From: Bacteroidota bacterium | GTDB taxonomy: Bacteria; Bacteroidota; Ignavibacteria; UBA10030; UBA6906 | Direction: 5' to 3' | Assembly: GCA_035506295.1 (NCBI GenBank) | Contig: DATJPR010000205.1 | Location: forward strand, 5,053 to 69,052 | Length of the DNA: 64,000 bases | Shown: one piece after another, positions 41,214-50,723 of the stretch | How positions within the stretch are numbered: the first letter of the stretch is position 1 | Layout of the letters: the number at the start of each line of letters is the position of its first letter | Notes under the pieces: model-generated | What the model was told of the DNA's origin: nothing | Databases searched by the model: none | Seen by the model: only the letters and a program-made list of their open reading frames with translations | Translations under genes and position numbers: made by a program

Positions 41214-42788
41214 CTATTGACCCGCAGGACCCGCGGGAACTTCAACGGAATAATGGAACACTTCCTGGTCCCGGATTGCCTGGACGGTGACCTCTTTCAG
41301 GACCGCGTTATCGAACAGGCCGGTGAACCGCGGGATGCGCATCCGGTACTGGGCGAACCCGGTCAGCCCGATGTTGGCATCCTTGCCGGCGTTCACTTCC
41401 ACCACCCAGATTGAATTAATGTCTTCCACGCCATGGCTCAGACGCGTGAGGACCCGGCTCCACCGCTCGCTCCCTGGGACCAGCGAATCATACAGCGCGA
41501 GCGACGTCTTGTATTTCCCCAACTGGCCCTGCAACGATTCGATGGAGTTCGCCAGCTGCAGGTTTTCGGCCTGCTGGCTCTCCTTTAGCGTGAGCGACTC
41601 CCGCATCTCGCGCAGGTCCCTCGACTTCGAAGAGACTTGCCATGTGAAGAACAACGTCGAAGCAAACAACAGCATCAACAGCAGATAGCCGTGCCACGCC
41701 AGTTTGAATACCCGTTGCCCTTCCCGTACGACATCCGGCAACAGGTTCACGTGATAAAAGGCCTTGTTGTTCTGTTCGAGGGTCCGCCATGCGGCGCCGA
41801 TCGGAACGGCGAAGGCCGAGATTTCGGCCTGCTGCTCCGGCGGGAGCGGCGAGCTGTCGACCAGCGGCATCAGGAGATAATCGATCTCCTGGCCCGGCAG
41901 CTGCTGCAGCAGGAAGTCCTTGAAATCGATCCTGTGGCTCTCCCCTGCGAGCACGATCCGGTTGATCCGCGGGATCCCCAGATTGTCCTGCTCCAGAAGC
42001 AGCCTGCTGTACACCGTGTTGTGCAGGTTCGGTGAGTCGTATCCTTCGCCGAGGATCGGGGCGAACTGGTAGAAGTTCGCGCCGCGCATGAAGATCAAGC
42101 GCGTGTATTCGACCCCGACATAGATGATGACGGTGACCTCGTTCGGGCTCAGCTCGTAGTTGCGACGGACAACGTTCATCAACGACACGTCGGCGCTGTC
42201 GATCCCTGCAATCAGCGGCATGCGGCCGCCGAGGAAGTTCTTGATGCCTTCGAGCGAGTTGATGAGGCTCAGGCCGTCTTCCCGGACAATCGTGAGCAGG
42301 CCGCCTTCGTCGGTCTCGATCGTGTCGACGGCGTCGATCGCGGGCTGGAAAGCGCGGATATTGCGCAGCTCCTCCAGGATCCTCTGCTTCAACTTGAGCC
42401 CTTTCAAGCCGAAGTTGCTTTCGACACCATGATAGTAGATGGCAGGCTCAGCCAGACTGTAGATCAGCGAGTACTTGCTCACCGGGTACGATGCCAGCAG
42501 ACTCAACAGCACCGAGTCATTGTCATCGCTGTGCATCTCCGTGGTGGGACCCTCGGTCACGGGCAGCGATTGGAGCGAAAACCCGTCCGATCCGTCCAGC
42601 CCGGCCGACGCCCCGAGGTCCACGCTTTTGTGCTCCGCCATCTTGGTGGCAAGCGTTGCCGTGCGAAGCTCTTCGACAACCACCCTTTTCCCCCGGAGGG
42701 AGAGATGGGCCAGCTTGATATCGAGACCATCGACAAATAGTCCGATGACGCTGTTTTTACGACCTTTCATTTTCGCCATGCGTTTCAC
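41214..42788 (-). CDS. Type IV pilus assembly PilM (actin-like ATPase fold) fused to PilN (TM plus coiled coil plus periplasmic domain)
   Basis: About 350-aa PilM-like N-terminal region, a TM helix (HGYLLLMLLFASTLFFTWQV), then a PilN-like region. The track start is GTG; an in-frame ATG (MAKMKGRK) lies 9 nt downstream. Confidence 0.7.
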   Translation of the reverse strand: MKRMAKMKGRKNSVIGLFVDGLDIKLAHLSLRGKRVVVEELRTATLATKMAEHKSVDLGASAGLDGSDGFSLQSLPVTEGPTTEMHSDDNDSVLLSLLASYPVSKYSLIYSLAEPAIYYHGVESNFGLKGLKLKQRILEELRNIRAFQPAIDAVDTIETDEGGLLTIVREDGLSLINSLEGIKNFLGGRMPLIAGIDSADVSLMNVVRRNYELSPNEVTVIIYVGVEYTRLIFMRGANFYQFAPILGEGYDSPNLHNTVYSRLLLEQDNLGIPRINRIVLAGESHRIDFKDFLLQQLPGQEIDYLLMPLVDSSPLPPEQQAEISAFAVPIGAAWRTLEQNNKAFYHVNLLPDVVREGQRVFKLAWHGYLLLMLLFASTLFFTWQVSSKSRDLREMRESLTLKESQQAENLQLANSIESLQGQLGKYKTSLALYDSLVPGSERWSRVLTRLSHGVEDINSIWVVEVNAGKDANIGLTGFAQYRMRIPRFTGLFDNAVLKEVTVQAIRDQEVFHYSVEVPAGPAGQ

Positions 42789-42824
42789 CTTGATCTATCG
42801 TGGAACCCTGTAGCACCCCGGGGG

Positions 42825-44060
42825 TCAGTCTGCGGCGTTCCCCGGCATATTCAGGATCTGCTGGAGGCGCCTCTTATTGTTTGCCGACACCATCGCGTTT
42901 TCCAGCGAGATCTTCTTCCCGAAGTAGAGCCGTTTCAGATCCTGCTCCAGCGTGATCATCCCGAGATCGGATGACTCCGCCATCATCTGGTAGATTTCGC
43001 CTGTGTTGTTGTTTTTGATCGCCGCCCGGACAGACGGTGTCATCACCATGATTTCCTTCGCGAGGATCCGCTTGCCGTCGAGGCTCGGGACAAGTTTCTG
43101 AGACATGACGCAGCTGAGGGTGTCCGCCAGCCGCAGCCGAACGCGCTCCTGCTCGATCGGCGGCATTTCGCCGATGATCCTGTCCACTGTTTCCACGGCC
43201 GACCCCGTGTGCAGCGTTGAGAACACCTTGTGACCGCTATCGGTGATTTCGAGCGCGGTCATGATCGTATCCGGATCGCGCATTTCTCCGATGACGATGA
43301 TATCGGGGTCCTGGCGCAGCGCCTGGACAGCGCCATCCTTGAACGAGAGGACATCGCGGCCCACCTCGCGGTGTCGGATGATGCAGCGATCCGGCTTGTG
43401 CACATATTCGACCGGCGAGGCGATGATGATGACATGGCCGTCGACCGTGTGGTTGTTCGCATCGATGATGCTGTCGAGCGTCGTACTCTTGCCGGAGCCG
43501 GTGATCCCCGTGATCAACGTCAGACCCTGCTCGGTGTAGGCCAGGCTGAGAACCTTGGTGACATTCGCGTGCAGATCGAGATTCTTATAGGGACGGATGA
43601 CGTTGTTGATCGCGCGCATGTTGAGCGCGAGGTGGTCCAGATCGAAGGCTGCGTTGGCGCGGAAACGAAACATCGTATCGCCTTCAACGATGCTGTAGGA
43701 GAAATCGAGGTTGCGGTTCTCGTACAGGAAGAGGCGCTGGCGCTCGATCAGGATCGCCTGGATCAGCACGTTGAATTCGTCGAGCGTGAACTGACCGAGG
43801 TCCCGCGTAGGCTTTTTGTCTCCGAAAACGCGATACCAGATCCAACCGGCACACCCGTACCCGCCGATATCGATGTCCGACGCATTCACATGTGCCATGT
43901 TCCGGAGGTAACTGTCCATCAACATCCGGAGCGTCGTTCGCTCGGCGGGGGAAAGCTTGGCCACGAGGTCTCCGATCAGCATCTGTCGCTCCATGCCGGG
44001 GATAGAATCGGGGACCGTCGATGCGATCTCTCTCAAAACCTTTATGGCGGTCTGAATCAT
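42825..44060 (-). CDS. PilT/PilU-family type IV pilus retraction ATPase
   Basis: Walker A 'GITGSGKSTT', Asp box, Walker B 'IIVIGEMRD', His box 'TLHTGSA' and the PilT C-terminal region. ATG verified. Confidence 0.85.
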   Translation of the reverse strand: MIQTAIKVLREIASTVPDSIPGMERQMLIGDLVAKLSPAERTTLRMLMDSYLRNMAHVNASDIDIGGYGCAGWIWYRVFGDKKPTRDLGQFTLDEFNVLIQAILIERQRLFLYENRNLDFSYSIVEGDTMFRFRANAAFDLDHLALNMRAINNVIRPYKNLDLHANVTKVLSLAYTEQGLTLITGITGSGKSTTLDSIIDANNHTVDGHVIIIASPVEYVHKPDRCIIRHREVGRDVLSFKDGAVQALRQDPDIIVIGEMRDPDTIMTALEITDSGHKVFSTLHTGSAVETVDRIIGEMPPIEQERVRLRLADTLSCVMSQKLVPSLDGKRILAKEIMVMTPSVRAAIKNNNTGEIYQMMAESSDLGMITLEQDLKRLYFGKKISLENAMVSANNKRRLQQILNMPGNAAD

Positions 44061-44306
44061 CTCTCTTTCAAGTTTAGTCTGGGACCGGTTGCCGTCACGT
44101 CGTTCCGGCGGGGATATACTCCGGCGTAGTAATGCAGGACAAGAGCTGTGCCACCTGTCACATCGTGGAAAACTGCTCTATTCACAACGAATCAACGAGG
44201 TTGCACCGGAGGGGAGAGAGGGGGGTGATGACTATTCGCCAAAGTACCGAAGTTGTTCACTGCGAAAATGAAGCGGGATGGGGATTTATCTCTCTTTCGT
44301 GGGAGA

Positions 44307-44340
44307 AACAGAATGCCCCGGGGACATCGATCGTGTGCCG
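44307..44340 (-). terminator. Candidate terminator hairpin downstream of the pilin/pilB/pilC transcription unit
   Basis: Perfect 10-bp inverted repeat CCCCGGGGAC/GTCCCCGGGG with a 14-nt loop, about 50 nt past the TAG of the gene ending at 44393. On the minus strand it is followed by CAUUCUGUUUCU. A 12-bp palindrome CAGAGATCTCTG lies adjacent at approximately 44358-44369. Confidence 0.45.
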
Positions 44341-44392
44341 TCCCCGGGGCGGATTATCAGAGATCTCTGGCCCTGCTTCGGTGAGTCCAGAT

Positions 44393-45646
44393 CTACTCGT
44401 ACCAGGCCAGAATCTCGTAGGTTTTCGTCGTCGGATAGAATGGGGGAGACCGTGTCCGGAGACGTTCATCGTAGATAATCCGAACGGAGAGTCCGTGGGA
44501 AATCCCTGAGTCCGTCGTCGCCGCCAAATCCTGTACCGTCCAGCCGCCGAGTGTGGTGAGAATCCCGAGGGGGCGGGTTGTGAGGTTTTCAATCTTCACC
44601 GTGGAGGTGTCACTGAACAGCGAGGCCATGACCGTCACGTTGTTCCCGTTGGTGGTATGATGGTCCATGATCGTGATGTCACTGTTCGCCACGATGCCGA
44701 GCATGTCGGTAGACGCTGGATTCGTTCGCGGATCCGAATCGTACGTGATATTGTTCTCGATGTCGATTTTGCCGCGACTGGGGCTCGTGGTGTCGACTGC
44801 CCCGACGGTGTATTGCCCCTTGACCACCCCCTGAATGTGGATGACGCCGGTGCTGTTTTTCAATACGATGGCGCCGTTCGGTGCAAAGGCGGAGGCAAGC
44901 ATCGTGGTATCCGGCGCGGCGGCAGCCCCCTGATGATACTTGATGGAGTCTCCCGCAAATTTCAGGTAGACATCATTGTTCCCTGAAAAAGTCTTCCCTC
45001 CTGTCGCTGCTTTGCCGATCAATGTAGAAAAATCCTTGTTGATGGGAACGCTGACCCCATCTTCCTCGCCAGCATTAAAAATAGGATGTCCCGACCACGA
45101 TGTGCTGTCCACGCCCTTCCATGTTGTGACTTTTCCACCGAAATACGGCGTACCGTGCGTTGTGAGGGTGCCCTGGACATGCACGGGTCCACCAAGCGTG
45201 GAGTCGCCCGTTGCCCAATATACCGCCGCCGCCGAGGTTCCCGCGTACAGAGCAAACTTCGAGAAACTGCTGGGACGAAGGATGACCCTGACAGTGGACG
45301 TGCTGTCCCGGTACGTGCTCGTGCAGCGCATCGTGAGCCGGCGTTCGCCGGTGAGCGGGTCAACGCTCGACGTTGAATCCACCGATGCGGTGAACGTGCC
45401 TCCGTCGAAGGAGATGGGCGAGGTGTAACCGTCCCACCACGGGTTCCCGTTCATCTTCGGCGGATTCAGAAAGATGAAGTTGGCCGCGATGTTCGCGCCC
45501 GATATGGCGATATTTCGGGCGATCGCTCCCTCGTAGTAGTCCATGGCGTTGTCATACGCCTGCACGCTCGTGTCGGAAAGGTCCTTTCCCGTCCGAAGAA
45601 AGAGGAGGATTGTTCCAATGACAAGAATGAGCGCAGATTTCCCCAT
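44393..45646 (-). CDS. Pilin-like protein, 417 aa (PilX-like minor pilin or pilus-tip candidate); 'MG' class N-terminus
   Basis: ATG verified; an in-frame TAA lies 6 codons upstream; SD AGAGGGA. N-terminus MGKSALILVIGTILLFL. 'AYDNAMDYYEGAIARNIAISGANIAANF' resembles a PilX_N helix. Sits inside the pilus cluster. Confidence 0.4.
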   Translation of the reverse strand: MGKSALILVIGTILLFLRTGKDLSDTSVQAYDNAMDYYEGAIARNIAISGANIAANFIFLNPPKMNGNPWWDGYTSPISFDGGTFTASVDSTSSVDPLTGERRLTMRCTSTYRDSTSTVRVILRPSSFSKFALYAGTSAAAVYWATGDSTLGGPVHVQGTLTTHGTPYFGGKVTTWKGVDSTSWSGHPIFNAGEEDGVSVPINKDFSTLIGKAATGGKTFSGNNDVYLKFAGDSIKYHQGAAAAPDTTMLASAFAPNGAIVLKNSTGVIHIQGVVKGQYTVGAVDTTSPSRGKIDIENNITYDSDPRTNPASTDMLGIVANSDITIMDHHTTNGNNVTVMASLFSDTSTVKIENLTTRPLGILTTLGGWTVQDLAATTDSGISHGLSVRIIYDERLRTRSPPFYPTTKTYEILAWYE

Positions 45647-45657
45647 AAGATTCCCTC

Positions 45658-46299
45658 TTACCTGTTACTGTAATTTCGCGTCGACATCCGCATCTGCTGC
45701 CAGAATGCCGAGGAATATTGCGTGTTGAGCGGCGCCGTCTCCGAAATCGTTGAGGCGTACACGTTCTCGACACTCAGCGTGATCTGGATCGTTTGAATCC
45801 TTTGGAGGTTTGTTGCAGAAACCGGCGTCGGAATCTGATTCCCCGAGGCGTCGTAGTATTTGAGCTTGAATGAGGTTATTCCGAGGTTCGCACCCTTCGC
45901 CGGGACGACGTTCACTTTGCGGTAGAGAAATCTGTCTCTCGGATTCGGCGTCATCGAAAGCTCGCTCGCCGGACCGAGATAGTAGTAGATGCTGTCGATG
46001 TTTCCGTCCGGCCCGCCGTTGTCGGCAACGTCTGTCAGGAATTTGATCGAACTGGTGTCGGCGGCAAGGATCGCCTTCGTGGGGTCGGGCAGGTTGTTCG
46101 GCTCATTACAGAAGCCGATCTTTCGGAAATCATATTCGAGCAACCGCGTGACCTCCACAAGGTTCTCCTGGACGAGGAGATCCCCTTTCAGCGTCTGGAT
46201 ATTCTCGCTGTTGGCAACATTCCCCTGGAGCGTCATCAGGAAAAGCCACCCGAACACCACGATGGATCCGATGATATCCATGATTGTTTGACTGCCCAT
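45658..46299 (-). CDS. Minor pilin-like protein, 213 aa; 'MG' class N-terminus
   Basis: ATG verified; in-frame TAG 4 codons upstream; SD AGAGGGA. N-terminus MGSQTIMDIIGSIVVFGWLFLMTLQ, then a beta-rich C-terminal domain. Confidence 0.4.
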   Translation of the reverse strand: MGSQTIMDIIGSIVVFGWLFLMTLQGNVANSENIQTLKGDLLVQENLVEVTRLLEYDFRKIGFCNEPNNLPDPTKAILAADTSSIKFLTDVADNGGPDGNIDSIYYYLGPASELSMTPNPRDRFLYRKVNVVPAKGANLGITSFKLKYYDASGNQIPTPVSATNLQRIQTIQITLSVENVYASTISETAPLNTQYSSAFWQQMRMSTRNYSNR

Positions 46300-46308
46300 G
46301 GCATCCCT

Positions 46309-46833
46309 CTATCGAAAGTACCAATAACTATACACAGTCTGGTACGACACGGTATCGTTCATGCTCGGACTCGTGACCCACACTGTGAGACGTTTATGAT
46401 ACGTCTTCACCGATGACGTATCGATCGTGCTCGTCCCGAGGTTCAGGTTTACGTACTGGACTTTCACCTTGATGAGAAAATTCGCCGTGGGAAGCGCGAG
46501 CGTGTCGCCCGAGACCGTCTTCTGGAATCCGTTGTAGTCGTCTATGTCGTTGAACTTTGCATCAGAACCCGGGGTAGTTCCTTCCGTCCCATCAGGGCCG
46601 AGGGTGGTGCTCAGGTCATTGGGTGTGTAGACGTCGCCGGTGATCGTATGCTGATCGAAGGAAAGGGACGTCGCCTTCTCGACGATAGACGTCGCAAGCG
46701 ATGAAGCGACGATTTCCCACTCCGCGCTCTCAATAGCCTGGCGCTGGTCCAGCGTGTTCCTGTTGTTCGTCAGGAACAGCGACCCCAGCAGCGCAAGGGC
46801 GAGAATGGTAAGCAGGGTCTGGCCGGTCCCCAT
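46309..46833 (-). CDS. Minor pilin-like protein, 174 aa; 'MG' class N-terminus
   Basis: ATG verified; in-frame stop TGA 6 codons upstream; SD AGGAGGG. N-terminus MGTGQTLLTILALALLGSLFL. Confidence 0.4.
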   Translation of the reverse strand: MGTGQTLLTILALALLGSLFLTNNRNTLDQRQAIESAEWEIVASSLATSIVEKATSLSFDQHTITGDVYTPNDLSTTLGPDGTEGTTPGSDAKFNDIDDYNGFQKTVSGDTLALPTANFLIKVKVQYVNLNLGTSTIDTSSVKTYHKRLTVWVTSPSMNDTVSYQTVYSYWYFR

Positions 46834-46848
46834 GAGATTCCCTCCTGA

Positions 46849-48639
46849 TCAGTCGTCGGTTGTCGCCGAAGCAATTTCTTCGAGCGTGGTAGTTCCTTCG
46901 AGCATGCGTTCGATCCCAGCCCGCCTGAGCGTCCACATGCCGTCCTTCATCGCCTGCTGACGTACCGCCTCTTCATCGACTTCCTTCCCTGAACGGATGA
47001 TCAGAGTGCGGATCTCCTTCGTGAAGTAAAGCGCCTCGTGGATTGCCGCCCTCCCCTTGTACCCGCCGTTGCATTTGTCGCACCCGGCCGCTCCGTAGAA
47101 GGTGTGTGAATCGAGGTCTTCCTTTGTCAGGCCGAACTTGAGGTACGAGTCCCGGTCGAGCTCTTCCGGCGGGATCGGCCGTTTACAGGCCTTGCACAGA
47201 GTTCTGATCAAGCGCTGTGCCACGATAATATTGATCGCATACGCAATCAGGAAGGGCTCGATCCCCATTTTGTACAAACGGGATACCGCACTTGGCGCAT
47301 CATTGGTATGAAGTGTGGAGAATGTCAGGTGACCGGTATTTGCCAGCTTGATGGCAATCTCGGCCGTTATCTTGTCGCGCATTTCTCCCACCAGCACGAT
47401 ATCGGGGTCGTGTCGCAGGATGCCCCTGATCGCGTCGTCGAAACTCATCTTCGGGCCGATCTTCAGCTGACGCGCGCCCCTGATGATGTACTCGACCGGA
47501 TCCTCGACCGTCAGAACGTTGACCGACGGATCGATCACCTGATGCAGAGCGGCGACGAGGGTCGTGCTTTTGCCGCTTCCGGTCGGACCGGTCAGGATCA
47601 CGATGCCCTGCGGCTTGGCGATCGCCTTGTCGAAGAACTCGCGCGCCGGTCCACCCAATCCCAACTTGTTCAGGTCGGTGATGACTTTCCGGTCGTCGAG
47701 AACGCGGATGACGATGCTTTCGAATTTGTGTCGGAACTCCACGCCGACCATCGGCAGGATGGAGACGCGGAACCGGATCATGTGATCGTCGATCGAGCGC
47801 TGGATGAACCCGTCCTGTGCCGCCTCGCGTTCGAACCGGTCGACATTTTTCGACCGGTCTTTGACGACGGCGGCGACGGCCTCCGGCATCGTGCGTTCCT
47901 GCACATGCCAGAGACGGAGCGCTCCATCGATCCGGAACCAGAACTCGGTCCGGTTTCCTTCCTTCGCGGTGATGTGAATGTCGCTTGCGCCCTGCCGGAC
48001 AGCCTCCACCAGCGCGCCTTCGACAAGGTTAATGAGCGCGCTCTTGGTGATTTCCGCTTCGAGCGCTTCCTCGTCGACGTTCCCTTCGTCGTCCTCCTTG
48101 ACCTGGATACCGACATCGGACGATTCGAGCTGTTTGAGGAACTCGTTCTCCGGAGGAACAACCTGCTCGATGAGCGCCTGGACTTCCTTCATCCGACAGT
48201 AGGCGACCTCGTACTTCTTGGCGCCGAAGTTCCGGGCGATCAGCGGGATCTGACGGTCCGTCGGGTCCGCCGCGACAATGATCAGCTTGTCCGGCTGCTT
48301 TTCGTCGAACCGCAGCGGCAGCATGCGCGTCTGCGTCAGCATGTCGCGGACGTTCTGCGGCAGGGCCTCGATATACCGGCGGATGAAGTCGATCCGTGTC
48401 TGATCGATCTTCTCGTCGGCGAGGTAGATCTCGCGGAACGCGTACAGGTCGGCCACTTCGCGGAACACCGCATCGTGGTCTGCGTTGAAATCATTGACAA
48501 GAATCTGCCCGAGATTCCGCCGGTTCTTTTTCTCCTCCGAATCCTTGACGCGCAGGGATTTCTCGAGCGTCTCGTAGTCGATGATCCCCTTCTTCAGGAG
48601 AGCGAAACCGATTTTGTCTGTTATGTCCAGATTTGCCAT
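46849..48639 (-). CDS. pilB: Type IV pilus assembly ATPase PilB (GspE family) with N-terminal T2SSE_N domains
   Basis: Walker A 'GPTGSGKSTT', Asp boxes, Walker B, His box, and a tetracysteine motif (CKAC...C...CDKC). Confidence 0.9.
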   Translation of the reverse strand: MANLDITDKIGFALLKKGIIDYETLEKSLRVKDSEEKKNRRNLGQILVNDFNADHDAVFREVADLYAFREIYLADEKIDQTRIDFIRRYIEALPQNVRDMLTQTRMLPLRFDEKQPDKLIIVAADPTDRQIPLIARNFGAKKYEVAYCRMKEVQALIEQVVPPENEFLKQLESSDVGIQVKEDDEGNVDEEALEAEITKSALINLVEGALVEAVRQGASDIHITAKEGNRTEFWFRIDGALRLWHVQERTMPEAVAAVVKDRSKNVDRFEREAAQDGFIQRSIDDHMIRFRVSILPMVGVEFRHKFESIVIRVLDDRKVITDLNKLGLGGPAREFFDKAIAKPQGIVILTGPTGSGKSTTLVAALHQVIDPSVNVLTVEDPVEYIIRGARQLKIGPKMSFDDAIRGILRHDPDIVLVGEMRDKITAEIAIKLANTGHLTFSTLHTNDAPSAVSRLYKMGIEPFLIAYAINIIVAQRLIRTLCKACKRPIPPEELDRDSYLKFGLTKEDLDSHTFYGAAGCDKCNGGYKGRAAIHEALYFTKEIRTLIIRSGKEVDEEAVRQQAMKDGMWTLRRAGIERMLEGTTTLEEIASATTDD

Positions 48640-48686
48640 GAGATCATGTGCTCATGTGGGGGAAGCCGAACCCGGAAGACGACGCC

Positions 48687-50072
48687 CTACGTGAGTCGCA
48701 CGTCTTCGTGCACGCGCACGACCGGCGTCAGCGCCCCCATCCCGGGGTTCTTGGGCCGGATCGTCGCGGTCTCGGATGAGACGATGGTCAGGGCCGTCAA
48801 CACGATCATAATCACCATCGAGATCATGAGTTGAATGAAATCGATGGCGTTCCGCATCTTGTACGTCGTCTCCTTCTCATAATATTCCGCAAGCTGCAGG
48901 GCGGTGTTCTTCACCGTACCGGTTTCGGCGCCCGAATGGAACCGGGAAATCGCTGTCTTCGTGAAGACGCCCGTGGCTTCAAACGCCTCCGTGATGCCGG
49001 CGCCTTTCTCGATCATCAAGGGAATCGCGATGGACTTGATGCGGCTCTCCATGAACTTGTTCCCGCAGGCCTCGGAAGCCAGACGGATGACTTCGATGTT
49101 CTCTCCCGCGCCCGAGTACAGGGCGTAGAACACGCGGCAGAAAATCTCGATCGACTGTTTGTGCATCAAATTGCCGATGACGGGGACGTTCCACAAATAC
49201 CGGTCGAGGATGAATCGCCCCTTCTCCGTGGTAAAGAACCGCACCAGAAGCACGGTGGGGATGAGGATCATGAAACAGATGATCACAATATGCGCCGTGA
49301 GAAAGTCGCTGATCGCCAGCGTCGCTTTGGTCATCGGCGGCAGATCGATGCCGAACTTGCGGAACAATCCCGCTGTCGCGGGGAAGATGTATCCTACGTA
49401 ATAGACCACGGCGCCGAACAGCACGAACAGGGTGACAATCGGCGTGATCAACGCGGATTTCAAATTCTTTCTGAACTCTGTCTGGCGTTCCAGGAAACGC
49501 GCGGTGCTGTCGTAGATCTCCGCCATGTTACCGCTTTTGGAGGCCAGACCGAGCATGTGCGCGGTGAAGCGGCCGAGCACGCTCTCGTGCTTGATGAAGG
49601 CCTTTTCACTGTCCTTCCCCTGCTTCAGCTCGGTATTGATGTCCTTGATGGATTCCCGCAGCGTCCGGTTCTCGATGTCGTTGACCAGCAGCTGCATGAT
49701 TTCGTTGAACGGCAGCTTCTGCCTGATCAGGTCGGCGCTGACGCGGACGAACGTGACGATCTCCGCCGCCGGCGGCTTCATCTTGAAATCGATGAAGCGC
49801 TTCTGGACGGAAAGTACCCGGTATCCCATTTTCACCAGGGCCTCCTGCACCTCGGCCTTGGTGAACGCTTTTTGTTCTCCCGTGAAGGGTTTCTCCGTTC
49901 CCCTCTGCACCCTGTAGAGGAACGTCGACCGTCGGAGGATCTGCACGAGCTTGAATTTCCTCTGCACGGCGAGCTGCTGCGCCTTCTTCCTGGCCTGTCG
50001 GCCGTTTTCCGCTTCGATCACGCCCTGGACGGGCTTCCCTGCAAGCGAAATACCTTCGATCCTGTATTCCAT
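48687..50072 (-). CDS. pilC: Type IV pilus platform protein PilC (GspF family)
   Basis: Two T2SSF domains with 3 TM segments. ATG at 50072 verified (MEYRIEGISL). The track ORF extends to 50168. Confidence 0.85.
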   Translation of the reverse strand: MEYRIEGISLAGKPVQGVIEAENGRQARKKAQQLAVQRKFKLVQILRRSTFLYRVQRGTEKPFTGEQKAFTKAEVQEALVKMGYRVLSVQKRFIDFKMKPPAAEIVTFVRVSADLIRQKLPFNEIMQLLVNDIENRTLRESIKDINTELKQGKDSEKAFIKHESVLGRFTAHMLGLASKSGNMAEIYDSTARFLERQTEFRKNLKSALITPIVTLFVLFGAVVYYVGYIFPATAGLFRKFGIDLPPMTKATLAISDFLTAHIVIICFMILIPTVLLVRFFTTEKGRFILDRYLWNVPVIGNLMHKQSIEIFCRVFYALYSGAGENIEVIRLASEACGNKFMESRIKSIAIPLMIEKGAGITEAFEATGVFTKTAISRFHSGAETGTVKNTALQLAEYYEKETTYKMRNAIDFIQLMISMVIMIVLTALTIVSSETATIRPKNPGMGALTPVVRVHEDVRLT

Positions 50073-50249
50073 GAGCTCTTTCCGTCTGAGTGGTAAACAC
50101 ATTGATGAAACGCGCACAGGGCGGCACCCGACGATTACGCGGCCTTTCGCTTCGGCCGGATCCCCCACCCAGCCGAACGGTCGCCCATCGATCGCAGTGC
50201 CCCCCTGTTGTGCTGTACATCGTCCGGCCTGCTGCCAGGCCGCAAGTGC

Positions 50250-50657
50250 CTAGTGTCCTTCTGCTTCCACCGTGAACATGCTGTCCGGCATTACCTGCAT
50301 GACCACCTTGACGTGCTGCCCATCGTCCGCAACTTCGGTCCCAATCCCGGTGATCTTGACGAAGGACGTGCCTCCCGGAACGGGATCCGGATCGAGGGAG
50401 TAACTGCCGTTCAGATTGTTCACCCGGCTTGTGAGCTTCTGCATTGTCAGCCCAGAGAATGATCCACCGCCGCCACCAAGGGTTGTCGGCCTGCGAAAAT
50501 ACGTCTGAGCTCGTACCCCGAGCTGCGCAAGATCCATTTCCAGCTCATCGCGATTGCTCGACGCCGCTTGGTCGCGGAACATCGTCACACCGACGGCAAC
50601 AGCGACGGCCAGGACGACGGCAGCAATGGCGATGATTAACAACTGTTGGTTACCCAT
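50250..50657 (-). CDS. Major-pilin-like protein (135 aa), noncanonical 'MG-NQQLL' N-terminus
   Basis: ATG verified; in-frame TGA 2 codons upstream. N-terminus MGNQQLLIIAIAAVVLAVAVAVGVTMF, then NRDxxxxDLxxLxxRAQxYFRRPTxLGGGG. Located immediately upstream of pilC/pilB, as pilA normally is. Confidence 0.55.
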   Translation of the reverse strand: MGNQQLLIIAIAAVVLAVAVAVGVTMFRDQAASSNRDELEMDLAQLGVRAQTYFRRPTTLGGGGGSFSGLTMQKLTSRVNNLNGSYSLDPDPVPGGTSFVKITGIGTEVADDGQHVKVVMQVMPDSMFTVEAEGH

Positions 50658-50686
50658 GGATCATGACCTCAGCGTGAAACATCGGA

Positions 50687-50711
50687 CGGGCCTCCGGCTC
50701 CGGAGACCCGC
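50687..50711 (-). promoter_or_regulatory. Intergenic stem-loop between the two tandem pilin paralogs (possible attenuator or processing site)
   Basis: GGGTCTCCGG-AGC-CGGAGGCCC: a 10-bp stem (one G-U pair) with a 3-nt loop in the 66-nt spacer. No U-tract follows. Coordinates +/-2. Confidence 0.35.
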
Positions 50712-50723
50712 CTTCCAGTTCAG

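Noticed and set aside
44089-44271. Small + strand ORFs in the 332-nt gap between pilT and the upstream pilin operon (44089..44271, 44132..44509)
   Set aside because: No RBS, and the composition resembles the surrounding noise. The gap is better explained by the terminator hairpin and palindrome belonging to the minus-strand units.
50200-50249. Possible terminator between the pilin gene and pilC (GGCCTG-GCAG-CAGGCC)
   Set aside because: A 6-bp stem with no U-tract, so only a weak attenuator at best. Mentioned under the pilin finding but not called as a feature.
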